Made by a program: the position numbers and the translations under genes. Below the pieces are notes generated by a model. That model searched no databases and had not been told where the DNA came from. It saw only the letters and a program-made list of their open reading frames with translations. A stretch of 64,000 nt of DNA from Bacteroidaceae bacterium (GTDB taxonomy: Bacteria > Bacteroidota > Bacteroidia > Bacteroidales > Bacteroidaceae), in assembly GCA_045617275.1 (NCBI GenBank), contig JAZLII010000063.1:22477-86476 (forward strand), given 5' to 3'. This document shows, one piece after another, positions 27,807 through 36,704 of this stretch (position 1 is the stretch's first letter; the number at the start of each line of letters is the position of its first letter).

Positions 27807-29411
27807 ATGAAACTCAAATATTTCTTTGGACTTTTACTGAGCATCCTCTTCATGACCGGTTGCTCTGAAGATGCCATCGTAGGCTCTCTCGACGAGATCT
27901 CTGTGGATCAGACTTTCGTTTCGATCCCTGCTGGTGGTGGTAAGGTCGTTGTAACCCTCAAGGCCGACCAGGCCTGGGAGTTCATGCCTCACTATTATAA
28001 GAATGCCGTTTATACCAAAAACGACCATCTCAATGAGATGACCGTTCTTCCCGACTGGCTGACTGCTTCCCAGGTAAGCGGAGAGACTGGCGAGACCAAG
28101 GTCGAGTTCTCTGCCAAGAGTTGTGAGTACGGTCGTGAAGCCGAAGTGATGATTCGTTGTGGCGAGAAGACTCAGTTCGTCAACGTGCGTCAGGGTTCGA
28201 TGGATGCTTCCAAAGCAACCTGTGCCGAGGTCATCGCCGGAGCTGATGGCAAGACCTACATCGCTTCCGGTACGGTAACATCCATCGCCAATACCACATA
28301 CGGCAACTGGTACCTGAATGATGGTACCGGTGAGGTATACATCTATGGTACACTCGATGCTGATGGTGCCACCAAGAACTTCACCAGCCTCGGCATCGAG
28401 GTAGGCGACGTAGTCACCGTACAGGGTCCCAAGACCACCTACGGTACCACCGTAGAGTTGGTAGACGTCACCGTACTGAAGATAGAGAAGGCCCTGCTGA
28501 AGGTTACCGAGGAGCCCAAGAGCGTAGCAAAAGAAGGCGGCGAGGCAACCTTTAAGGTAGCATACAAGGGCAGCGGTATCTTCCTGAATATCCCTGAGGA
28601 TTGTCCTTGGGTAAATCTGAAGAGCATGAACTATGTGGCAGGCGTTCCCACCAAACTGGAGAAAGCTCCCGCCGACACAGCCATCGTCACCCTATCCGTA
28701 GCCCCCAACACCGGTGCTGCACGTGCTGCCACCGTCATCGTTTCATCCAAGAAGGAGAAGAACTCGACCGACGCCAAGATCACCGTCTCTCAGGAGGGTG
28801 CCATCCAGGATGTCAACTGCGCTCAGTTCAACGCCCAGGAGGACGGTGAGGCTCAGTACAAGGTACGCGGCATCATCACCAGTATCACCAACACCACCTT
28901 TGGCAACCTCTACATCAATGATGGTACAGGTGAGGTATACGTCTACGGTATGCTCGATGCTGAAGGCAACACCAAGAACTTCCTGTCGCTGGGCCTGAAG
29001 GTAGGCGACGAGGTGGTACTGCAGAGTGTGAAGACCTCACACAACAACAGTCCTCAGATGAAGAACGCCACACTCGTATCTGTAGTGCCTCACGAGGTGA
29101 AGACCGTAGCCGAACTGAAGGCTTTGCCCGACGACAAGGATACCTACTTCCTTGTGACCGGTACCGTATGCCACGCAGAGGAGGCAAGTGCCAAGTTTGA
29201 CCTTGAGCAATATGGCAATTTCGGTCTGCAGGACGAGACCGGCACCATCTACGTCTATGGTGTAGCAGATGCTTTGAATGGCAAGACCAAGAACTTTGCA
29301 GCTACGGGCGTAAAGGAGGGTGACAAGATCACCATCCTGGCCTACAAGACCAGCTACAAGGATACCATCGAGCTGGTAGGTCAGTTCATCAAGAAAGAAA
29401 GTGCTGAGTAG
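27807..29411 (+). CDS. Surface lipoprotein: two BACON-like modules and three OB-fold-like repeats
   Basis: Lipobox FMTGC; the ATG at 27807 is preferred over the TTG at 27789. Three repeats share [YF]GN-x-Y[LI]NDGTGE[VI]Y[IV]YG-x-LDA-x-G-x-TKNF-x-SLG-x-x-VGD. Modules ending in V-x-Q-[GE]G are BACON-like. TAG stop. Confidence 0.7.
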   Translation: MKLKYFFGLLLSILFMTGCSEDAIVGSLDEISVDQTFVSIPAGGGKVVVTLKADQAWEFMPHYYKNAVYTKNDHLNEMTVLPDWLTASQVSGETGETKVEFSAKSCEYGREAEVMIRCGEKTQFVNVRQGSMDASKATCAEVIAGADGKTYIASGTVTSIANTTYGNWYLNDGTGEVYIYGTLDADGATKNFTSLGIEVGDVVTVQGPKTTYGTTVELVDVTVLKIEKALLKVTEEPKSVAKEGGEATFKVAYKGSGIFLNIPEDCPWVNLKSMNYVAGVPTKLEKAPADTAIVTLSVAPNTGAARAATVIVSSKKEKNSTDAKITVSQEGAIQDVNCAQFNAQEDGEAQYKVRGIITSITNTTFGNLYINDGTGEVYVYGMLDAEGNTKNFLSLGLKVGDEVVLQSVKTSHNNSPQMKNATLVSVVPHEVKTVAELKALPDDKDTYFLVTGTVCHAEEASAKFDLEQYGNFGLQDETGTIYVYGVADALNGKTKNFAATGVKEGDKITILAYKTSYKDTIELVGQFIKKESAE

Positions 29412-29442
29412 GATATAGATTTTACTCAAGCATATATCATCA

Positions 29443-29479
29443 AGCAGGCTTCGTCATTGGGTCGAAGCCTGCTCTTTTT
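29443..29479 (+). terminator. Rho-independent terminator ending the nuclease/TBDT/lipoprotein operon
   Basis: AGCAGGCTTCG-N9-CGAAGCCTGCT followed by CTTTTT. Confidence 0.7.
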
Positions 29480-29597
29480 GTACAGTAAATGCCCGAGGAA
29501 TTGCATTTCGAGAGCCATGACGATTGCGCTAAATCAATTTTTTTCCTTATTTATAAAATAATAGGGAGATACACCACACACATTCGGGATTTTTGTG

Positions 29598-29605
29598 TAT
29601 TTTTG
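29598..29605 (+). promoter_or_regulatory. -7 box TATTTTTG upstream of the purH fragment / mre operon
   Basis: TAnnTTTG match, 75 nt upstream of the ATG at 29680. Confidence 0.4.
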
Positions 29606-29679
29606 CAACCTCAAATATGCGCCCCTTTGAAGGGGACCTGTGAAACGGCAATTATCAATCATTAAACAAGCATACAATT

Positions 29680-30276
29680 ATGGCAGAAACAAGAAAAATA
29701 AAGAGAGCGTTGGTCAGCGTATTCCACAAGGACGGACTGGACGAGATCTTGCGCAAGCTCCACGCTGAGGGCGTAGAGCTGTTGTCAACCGGTGGCACCC
29801 AGGCCTTCATCGAGTCACTTGGCATCCCTTGCCAGAAGGTAGAGGACGTGACCAGCTATCCCAGCATCCTGGGTGGTCGCGTGAAGACCCTTCACCCCAA
29901 GGTATTCGGTGGTATCCTCGGTCGTCGCGAACTGGAAGGCGATCAGCAGCAGATGGCTCAGTATGAGATTCCCGAGATCGACCTCGTCATCGTAGACCTC
30001 TATCCCTTCGAGCAGACCGTGGCAAGCGGAGCAAGCGAGGCAGACATCATCGAGAAGATCGACATCGGCGGCATCAGCCTCATCCGTGCTGCAGCCAAGA
30101 ACTTCCGCGACGTCATCATCGTTCCTTCTAAGGAGGAGTACAAGCCCCTCTTAGAGCTTCTCCAGAAGAATGGCGCACAGAGCGAGATAGAGGATCGCAA
30201 GTGGTTTGCCACACAGGCATTTGGCGTAAGCAGCCACTACGACACCGCCATCCACGCTTGGTTTGAGAAGAACTAA
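29680..30276 (+). CDS. purH: IMP cyclohydrolase (MGS-like N-terminal domain of PurH) as a stand-alone 198-aa protein
   Basis: KRALVSVFHKDGL, LLSTGGT, GGRVKTLHPKVFGGIL, VIVDLYPF and DIGGISLIRAAAKN match the PurH N-domain. The ORF stops after the linker helix. No AICAR-transformylase domain follows. Confidence 0.8.
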   Translation: MAETRKIKRALVSVFHKDGLDEILRKLHAEGVELLSTGGTQAFIESLGIPCQKVEDVTSYPSILGGRVKTLHPKVFGGILGRRELEGDQQQMAQYEIPEIDLVIVDLYPFEQTVASGASEADIIEKIDIGGISLIRAAAKNFRDVIIVPSKEEYKPLLELLQKNGAQSEIEDRKWFATQAFGVSSHYDTAIHAWFEKN

Positions 30277-30388
30277 TAAAACAGGAAGACTAAACTTCTT
30301 GATTTTCCAGCTCGTCTATAGCCTATACACCCCCAGTTCCTATAGACTGGCCAGAAAAACTTGAAAACGCATAAAGCAGATTACAACT

Positions 30389-31408
30389 ATGAGATGGTTC
30401 TCTTTGAATAAGGAAATAGCCATGGACTTGGGCACCGCCAACACCATTATCATCAGCGACAACAAGATATTGGTGGACGAGCCTAGCGTGGTAGCCTTGG
30501 ACCGCCGTACGGACAAGATGATCGCCGTAGGTGACAAGGCAAAGATGATGTATGAGAAAACGAATGCCGACATCAAGACCATCCGCCCCTTGCGCGATGG
30601 TGTGATCGCAGACTTCAACGCCTGCGAGCAGATGATGCGCGGTATGATCAAGATGGTGCACACTGGTAGCCGCCTGTTCTCACCCTCAATGCGTATGGTC
30701 ATTGGCGTGCCCAGTGGCAGTACTGAGGTGGAGCTGCGCGCTGTACGCGACAGTGCAGAGCACGCTGGTGGTCGTGAGGTGTACCTTGTATACGAGCCCA
30801 TGGCTGCAGCCATCGGTATCGGCCTCGACGTATTAGCTCCCGAAGGCAATATGATCGTGGATATAGGTGGTGGTAGTACTGAGATTGCCGTCATCTCACT
30901 GGGTGGTATCGTAGCAGACAAGAGCCTACGCATCGCCGGTGACGAACTGACCGCTGACATCCAGGACTACATGAGCCGCCAACACAACATGAAGGTCAGT
31001 GAGCGTATGGCTGAGCGTATCAAGATACATGTAGGTAGCGCCCTGACCGACCTGGGCGAGGATGCTCCTGAGGACTACGTAGTATACGGACCTAACCGTA
31101 TCACTTCACTCCCCATGGAGGTACCCGTATGCTATCAGGAGATTGCACACTGTCTGGAGAAGACCATTGCGCGCATCGAGACTGCAGTCCTCGACGCTTT
31201 GGCCGAGACTCCCCCAGAACTGTATGCCGATATCGTACACAATGGCATCTACCTCACTGGTGGCGGTGCCTTGCTGCGCGGTCTTGACAAGCGCTTGCAG
31301 GACAAGATCAACATCCCCTTCCACGTGGCAGAGGATCCCCTCCACAGCGTGGCAAAGGGTACCGGCATTGCTTTGAAGAATATTCATGAGTTCACTTTCT
31401 TGATGTAA
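30389..31408 (+). CDS. mreB: Rod-shape-determining actin homolog MreB
   Basis: IAMDLGTANT phosphate-1 motif, GGGSTEIAVISLGG, 339 aa. Confidence 0.9.
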   Translation: MRWFSLNKEIAMDLGTANTIIISDNKILVDEPSVVALDRRTDKMIAVGDKAKMMYEKTNADIKTIRPLRDGVIADFNACEQMMRGMIKMVHTGSRLFSPSMRMVIGVPSGSTEVELRAVRDSAEHAGGREVYLVYEPMAAAIGIGLDVLAPEGNMIVDIGGGSTEIAVISLGGIVADKSLRIAGDELTADIQDYMSRQHNMKVSERMAERIKIHVGSALTDLGEDAPEDYVVYGPNRITSLPMEVPVCYQEIAHCLEKTIARIETAVLDALAETPPELYADIVHNGIYLTGGGALLRGLDKRLQDKINIPFHVAEDPLHSVAKGTGIALKNIHEFTFLM

Positions 31409-31470
31409 TACCCTTACACGGGAAAACGTGAATGACACTTTACAGGTAAGCAAGAGATAGCAGAAGACTG

Positions 31471-32310
31471 ATGTCCAACTTCACAACCTGGCTGAAAACG
31501 CATCTCCATTGGTTTGTCTTCCTCCTCCTCGAGGTCGCAAGCATGGTGATGCTTTTCCGTTTCAACAGCTACCACAACAGCGTGTGGGTGACACAAGCCA
31601 ACGCTGTGGCAGGACAAGTGGTGGCCTGGGAGGCGGAACTGCATAGTTATACCCAGTTGAAAGAGATGAACGAGATACTGGTTCGCCAGAATCTCGCTCT
31701 GCAACTGAGCAATGAGAACATGCGACAGGAATTGGACAGCCTCACTCACGACAGTACACTCACAGAGCGTACACTGGCCAAAAGGCTCGGAGACTACGAG
31801 AAGATATATGCGCACGTCATTAGCAACAGCATCAAGAACAAGGACAACATCATCACCTTGGACAAAGGCTGGGCCGACGGTGTACAAAATGAGATGGGCG
31901 TAGTGAGTGGCACGGGCCCCGTGGGGATCGTCTATGCCGTGAGCGAGCACTACTCTCTGGTACTGCCCATACTCAACTCGAAGTCCAACATCAGCTGCCG
32001 ACTTCGTGGCACCAACTATTTCGGTTCGCTGTCATGGCGCGGTGGAAAGGTACTGGAGGCCTACCTGAGCGACATCCCCCATCATGCGAAATGCAGCGTG
32101 GGCGATCAGGTGGAGACCAGCGGATACAGCAGCGTCTTCCCCCCAGGCATCTTCGTAGGTACAGTATCACGCATCGGCAATTCCAAGGACGGTCAGAGCT
32201 ACGAACTACGTGTTAAGCTGAGTACCGACCTGGCCATCCTGAGGGATGTATGCATCTTGAAAAATCCTATGAAGGAGGAGATAGACACCCTGAACACAGT
32301 AAAACAATAG
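31471..32310 (+). CDS. mreC: Rod-shape-determining protein MreC
   Basis: N-terminal TM segment, coiled-coil, C-terminal beta domain (GDQVETSGYSSVFPPGIFVGTV). Position between mreB and mreD. Confidence 0.8.
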   Translation: MSNFTTWLKTHLHWFVFLLLEVASMVMLFRFNSYHNSVWVTQANAVAGQVVAWEAELHSYTQLKEMNEILVRQNLALQLSNENMRQELDSLTHDSTLTERTLAKRLGDYEKIYAHVISNSIKNKDNIITLDKGWADGVQNEMGVVSGTGPVGIVYAVSEHYSLVLPILNSKSNISCRLRGTNYFGSLSWRGGKVLEAYLSDIPHHAKCSVGDQVETSGYSSVFPPGIFVGTVSRIGNSKDGQSYELRVKLSTDLAILRDVCILKNPMKEEIDTLNTVKQ

Positions 32311-32314
32311 GCAG

Positions 32315-32830
32315 ATGATACTCAATTTCTTTATCCGACTATTGCAAGTGCTTGCGCTGGGAATCATCCAAGTGCTACTGTTCAACCATATTCATTTTAT
32401 GGGATATGGCACTCCTCTCGTATATGTGGCACTCCTGCTATACATCCCCTCCGATGCCAACAGAACAGCAACTTTGATATGGGCTTTCCTACTGGGTACA
32501 CTCATGGACATGTTTGCCAATACCGCAGGCATCTCCGCCGCATCGCTTACCTTGGCAGCCATGGTACAACCGTCTCTACTCAAAGCCAGTCTTCCCAAGG
32601 ACGCCCTTGAGGACATGGTGCCCAACTACCACACGATGGGCATGTGGAATCATATGCGCTATTTCACAGTCCTATTGCTTATCCACCACGTCTTCTATTT
32701 CGCCCTCGAATCCTTTTCTTTCTTCAATCTTACTGATTTAGCCATCTCCGCCGGCACCAGTTTTGCATCATCATGGCTCATCATTGCCTTGATGGAGACA
32801 CTGCGAGGCAAGAAACAACACGTTGCTTAA
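32315..32830 (+). CDS. mreD: Rod-shape-determining protein MreD
   Basis: 171-aa polytopic membrane protein at the conserved position. Its stop overlaps the mrdA start (TAATG). Confidence 0.7.
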   Translation: MILNFFIRLLQVLALGIIQVLLFNHIHFMGYGTPLVYVALLLYIPSDANRTATLIWAFLLGTLMDMFANTAGISAASLTLAAMVQPSLLKASLPKDALEDMVPNYHTMGMWNHMRYFTVLLLIHHVFYFALESFSFFNLTDLAISAGTSFASSWLIIALMETLRGKKQHVA

Positions 32831-34689
32831 TGGCAGACAAGGACTACAAACTTGAAAGAAGAAAATTTGTGTTGGGCGGGGTGATCTTTTTGGTCATCCT
32901 GCTGTATCTTCTGCGCCTTTTCACGCTTCAGCTGCTGAGCGACGACTATCAGAAGAACGCAGACTCCAACGCATTCCTCAAGCGCATACAGTACCCTGCC
33001 AGAGGGGCCATAAGAGACCGGCAAGGCGAACTGCTTGTCTACAATCAACCTTCCTACGACGTCATGGTCGTAGAGCATGAGATGGGCAAAAACCTTGACA
33101 CTTTGGATCTATGCGAATCATTGGGCATCACACCTGAATGGTTTGTCTACCGAATGGCAGAGATAAAGGACAAGCGCAAGAATCCCGGCTATAGCGAATA
33201 CACACAGCAGATATTTCGCAGCCAGCTTTCTGCGGAGGAGTTCTGCAGTTTTCAGGAGAAGCTGTTCCGTTTCCCAGGCTTCTACATCCAGAAGCGAAGC
33301 ATCCGCCAGTACACACGTACCAGCGCAGCTCATATCCTCGGCGATGTGGGTGAAGTGAATCCAAAAGACATCGAAGAAGACGACTACTATCAAGGCGGTG
33401 ACTACATCGGAAAACTGGGTGTAGAGCGAAGCTACGAAGCAAAGTTGAGAGGTGAGAAGGGCACGGAGATACTGCTTCGTGATGCAAGAGGACGCATCAA
33501 GGGCAAGTACCAGAACGGCAAATACGACAAGGCACCCGTGCCTGGCAAAAACCTCACTTTGAGTATCGACATCGAACTGCAGGAACTTGGTGAACGCCTG
33601 ATGAAGGGAAAACTGGGGAGTATCGTGGCCATAGAACCTTCCACGGGAGAAATACTCTGTATGGTGTCCTCACCTTCCTACGATCCACATCTGATGGTGG
33701 GACGACAGCGTGGAGCCAACAACATGAAGCTCCAGCAAGACCCCATGAAGCCTCTTCTCAACCGCGCCATTGCCGGACGATATCCTCCCGGTTCGACCTT
33801 TAAGACGAGTCAGGCCCTGACCTTCCTACAGGAGGGCATCATCTCTCCATCGGGTACGGCTTACCCATGTAGCCGAGGTTTCCATTATAGAGGACTTACA
33901 GTGGGTTGTCACGGGCATGGATCTCCTCTTCCTCTGATACCCGCCATAGCCACCTCCTGCAACGGATTTTTCTGCTGGGGACTCTTTCACATGTTTGGCA
34001 ACAGAAGTAAGTATCCACGCGTACAAGATGCCATGACACGCTGGAAAGACTATATGGTAAGTATGGGATTCGGCTATCCTCTGGGTGTGGACCTTCCTGG
34101 TGAGAACCGAGGCATGATACCCAATGCAGACTACTATGACAAGGCATACAAAGGATCCTGGAACGGCATCACCGTCATCTCCATCGCCATCGGTCAGGGT
34201 GAGGTTTGTCTCACGCCACTGCAGATTGCCAATCTGGGAGCGACCATTGCCAACCGCGGCTACTACATCACTCCTCATGTGGTCAAAGAGGTACAGGGCG
34301 AACAGCCCGACACGCTCTACACCAAGAAGCACTATACCATGGTCAGCCGAGAGAACTACGAATATGTGGTGAAAGGTATGCGTGCCGCCGTGACAGGTGG
34401 TACATGTAGGTCGGCCAACAACAGCATGTATGAAGTATGCGGCAAGACTGGAACTGCCCAGAACCGTGGACAAGACCACTCTGCATTTATGGGCTTCGCG
34501 CCTATGAACAATCCCAAAATTGCCGTAGCAGTCTATGTGGAGAACGGTGGTTTTGGTGCTCACTTCGGAGTGCCCATCGGTGCGCTCATCATGGAGAAAT
34601 ACATCAACGGCAAACTCTCTGCCGCAAGCGAGGCACAAGCTACAGTATTTGAAAACAAGACCATCAGATATGGCAACTATTCACGATAA
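32830..34689 (+). CDS. mrdA: Penicillin-binding protein 2 (elongasome transpeptidase)
   Basis: The start MADKDYKLERRKF at 32830 is preferred over the track start at 32773. Motifs STFK, a possible SxN at CSRG, and KTGTA. Confidence 0.9.
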   Translation: MADKDYKLERRKFVLGGVIFLVILLYLLRLFTLQLLSDDYQKNADSNAFLKRIQYPARGAIRDRQGELLVYNQPSYDVMVVEHEMGKNLDTLDLCESLGITPEWFVYRMAEIKDKRKNPGYSEYTQQIFRSQLSAEEFCSFQEKLFRFPGFYIQKRSIRQYTRTSAAHILGDVGEVNPKDIEEDDYYQGGDYIGKLGVERSYEAKLRGEKGTEILLRDARGRIKGKYQNGKYDKAPVPGKNLTLSIDIELQELGERLMKGKLGSIVAIEPSTGEILCMVSSPSYDPHLMVGRQRGANNMKLQQDPMKPLLNRAIAGRYPPGSTFKTSQALTFLQEGIISPSGTAYPCSRGFHYRGLTVGCHGHGSPLPLIPAIATSCNGFFCWGLFHMFGNRSKYPRVQDAMTRWKDYMVSMGFGYPLGVDLPGENRGMIPNADYYDKAYKGSWNGITVISIAIGQGEVCLTPLQIANLGATIANRGYYITPHVVKEVQGEQPDTLYTKKHYTMVSRENYEYVVKGMRAAVTGGTCRSANNSMYEVCGKTGTAQNRGQDHSAFMGFAPMNNPKIAVAVYVENGGFGAHFGVPIGALIMEKYINGKLSAASEAQATVFENKTIRYGNYSR

Positions 34690-36154
34690 AGAGCAAAAAG
34701 GAATACTGAGGTCACTGGACTGGTTCACCATCATCATCTACATCGCCCTCATGGGTATGGGATGGATGAGCATCTGTGGTGCCAGCTATGACTTTGACCA
34801 GGCCGGACAACTCATGTCCTTCTCTTCTCGCTCCGGTATGCAGATAGTGTGGATACTCACATCGTTAGGGTTGGGCTCCATACTGCTTGCCATCGACGAA
34901 CGTATCTATGAGTCGTTTTCCTACCTGATCTATGGAGCATTCATCATACTCCTCGCGGTGACACCCTTTATTGCCCACGACATCAAAGGATCATTGTCAT
35001 GGATTAAGATTGGCTCATTCAGCGTGCAGCCAGCCGAATTTGCAAAGTTCGGTACGGCTCTGTGCTTAGCCAGAGTCATCGGATCATTTGACCTTCATCT
35101 CGCGCGCATGCGCGATTTAATAATATGTGGAGCTCTCATCCTGCTACCCATGGGCCTTATCGTGATGCAGAAGGAGACGGGAAGTGCACTGGTATACTTG
35201 AGTTTCTGCTTCATGTTTTATCGTGAAGGCATGCCTGGGAGCATACTCTTCTGTGGCGTGGCAGCCGTGTTCTACTTTGTAGTAGGCCTCAAATATGCAG
35301 CTGATCCTCTGTTTGACTTACCGGAAGTGAGCTTGGGTAAGTCTCTCGTCATCCTTGCCGTCTACCTTTTCACACTCGGCATGCTGCGTATCTACACTTC
35401 GCTCAAGGCTCCCTTCTGGTGGATGGCCGGCTGGGGCATCCTTGCCATGGGCGGTGCTTTTGCTTTTAGCGAATATGTCATCCCCTTCGACATCACTATC
35501 GTACAACTCATTGCTTGTGGCGTGATGTTTCTCTATCTGCTTTATCTGGCTCTCCGGGAAAGGATGATCAGCTACCTGTTTCTTGCCTTGTTTATGTTTG
35601 GTTCCATCGGATTCTCCTATTCGACCAACTATGTCATGGACCATGTGCTTGAACAGCACCAGCAAAAGCGCATCAGGGTATTGCTTGGCATCGAGAATGA
35701 CCCTCGCGGAGCAGGCTACAACGTGGCTCAAGCTCAGATAGCCATCGGCTCGGGCGGACTGAAAGGAAAAGGATTTCTCAACGGCACACAGACCAAACTA
35801 AAGTACGTGCCTGAGCAAGATACAGACTTCATCTTCTGCACCGTAGGCGAGGAAGAGGGTTTTGTGGGATGTAGCGTTGTACTGCTTCTGTTCCTGATAC
35901 TGATGATCCGTATCATACATATTGCAGAGCGGCAGATATACACCTTTGGGCGAGTCTATGGATACTGTGTACTGGGAATATTCTTCCTTCACGTATTCAT
36001 CAATGTAGGCATGGTACTTGGTCTGACACCAGTCATCGGCATCCCTCTACCTTTCTTCAGCTACGGAGGTTCGTCGCTTTGGGGATTTACTATCCTGCTC
36101 TTCATCTTGCTACGCATCGATGCGGCACGCAACAAGATGGTGAGAAACAAATAA
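34670..36154 (+). CDS. rodA: SEDS-family peptidoglycan polymerase RodA
   Basis: The start MATIHDKEQKGILRSLDW at 34670 overlaps the mrdA end. Polytopic, with the conserved C-terminal GIPLPFFSYGGSS. Confidence 0.9.
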   Translation: MATIHDKEQKGILRSLDWFTIIIYIALMGMGWMSICGASYDFDQAGQLMSFSSRSGMQIVWILTSLGLGSILLAIDERIYESFSYLIYGAFIILLAVTPFIAHDIKGSLSWIKIGSFSVQPAEFAKFGTALCLARVIGSFDLHLARMRDLIICGALILLPMGLIVMQKETGSALVYLSFCFMFYREGMPGSILFCGVAAVFYFVVGLKYAADPLFDLPEVSLGKSLVILAVYLFTLGMLRIYTSLKAPFWWMAGWGILAMGGAFAFSEYVIPFDITIVQLIACGVMFLYLLYLALRERMISYLFLALFMFGSIGFSYSTNYVMDHVLEQHQQKRIRVLLGIENDPRGAGYNVAQAQIAIGSGGLKGKGFLNGTQTKLKYVPEQDTDFIFCTVGEEEGFVGCSVVLLLFLILMIRIIHIAERQIYTFGRVYGYCVLGIFFLHVFINVGMVLGLTPVIGIPLPFFSYGGSSLWGFTILLFILLRIDAARNKMVRNK

Positions 36155-36222
36155 GGATGTAGAAATATAAGAAGAAGTGGGAACAACAAAAAGGGGATGC
36201 CAACAACGATTGACGCCCCCCA

Positions 36223-36699
36223 TCAACGTTGCGGAACAAGCAAGATACCCACGTCGTGCACTCCTGGAACGGGGGTTACGGTCAAGATATGTCTTACACA
36301 AATATCCAAGGTATCCGTGGGTGCTACAGCAATTGATCGAACCGGTTTCTTATAGCCCAAGATGTTTCTACCACTGCCGTCCATTTCACCACTGCGGGCC
36401 ACTACATCCAGACATACCGTATCCAAAGCCTGCACCTCCCCGTTTTTCTTGGTCTCAACCTCCAGCCAGAGATCTTTGTAAAGGTATTGCTTGGCAATCC
36501 TGGCCTCTACGGACAAGTCATACTGTCCTCGGAGCTTCATATCCGTGAGATGGAATCTTGCCTTGTAGCTCTTCTGCCAGTCCTGGCTATCCACAGCACA
36601 AAAGCGATGTACCATATCCTCTTCACATGCACAAAAGACACATGCAAAGAGGATACAGCACCATCTGCGTAAGCCACGGATACCCATCATCCTACCCAT
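36223..36699 (-). CDS. gldH: GldH-like lipoprotein
   Basis: Lipobox FCAC. 158 aa. Position downstream of the holB-PSP1 pair, as I recall for gldH in Bacteroidetes. The family call is from memory. Confidence 0.5.
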   Translation of the reverse strand: MGRMMGIRGLRRWCCILFACVFCACEEDMVHRFCAVDSQDWQKSYKARFHLTDMKLRGQYDLSVEARIAKQYLYKDLWLEVETKKNGEVQALDTVCLDVVARSGEMDGSGRNILGYKKPVRSIAVAPTDTLDICVRHILTVTPVPGVHDVGILLVPQR

Positions 36700-36704
36700 A
36701 AACG

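Noticed and set aside
29480-29679. ZTP (pfl) or purine riboswitch upstream of the purH fragment
   Set aside because: I could not find the conserved ZTP or purine-riboswitch core sequences by eye. The region contains only a TAnnTTTG promoter box and a small GC hairpin.
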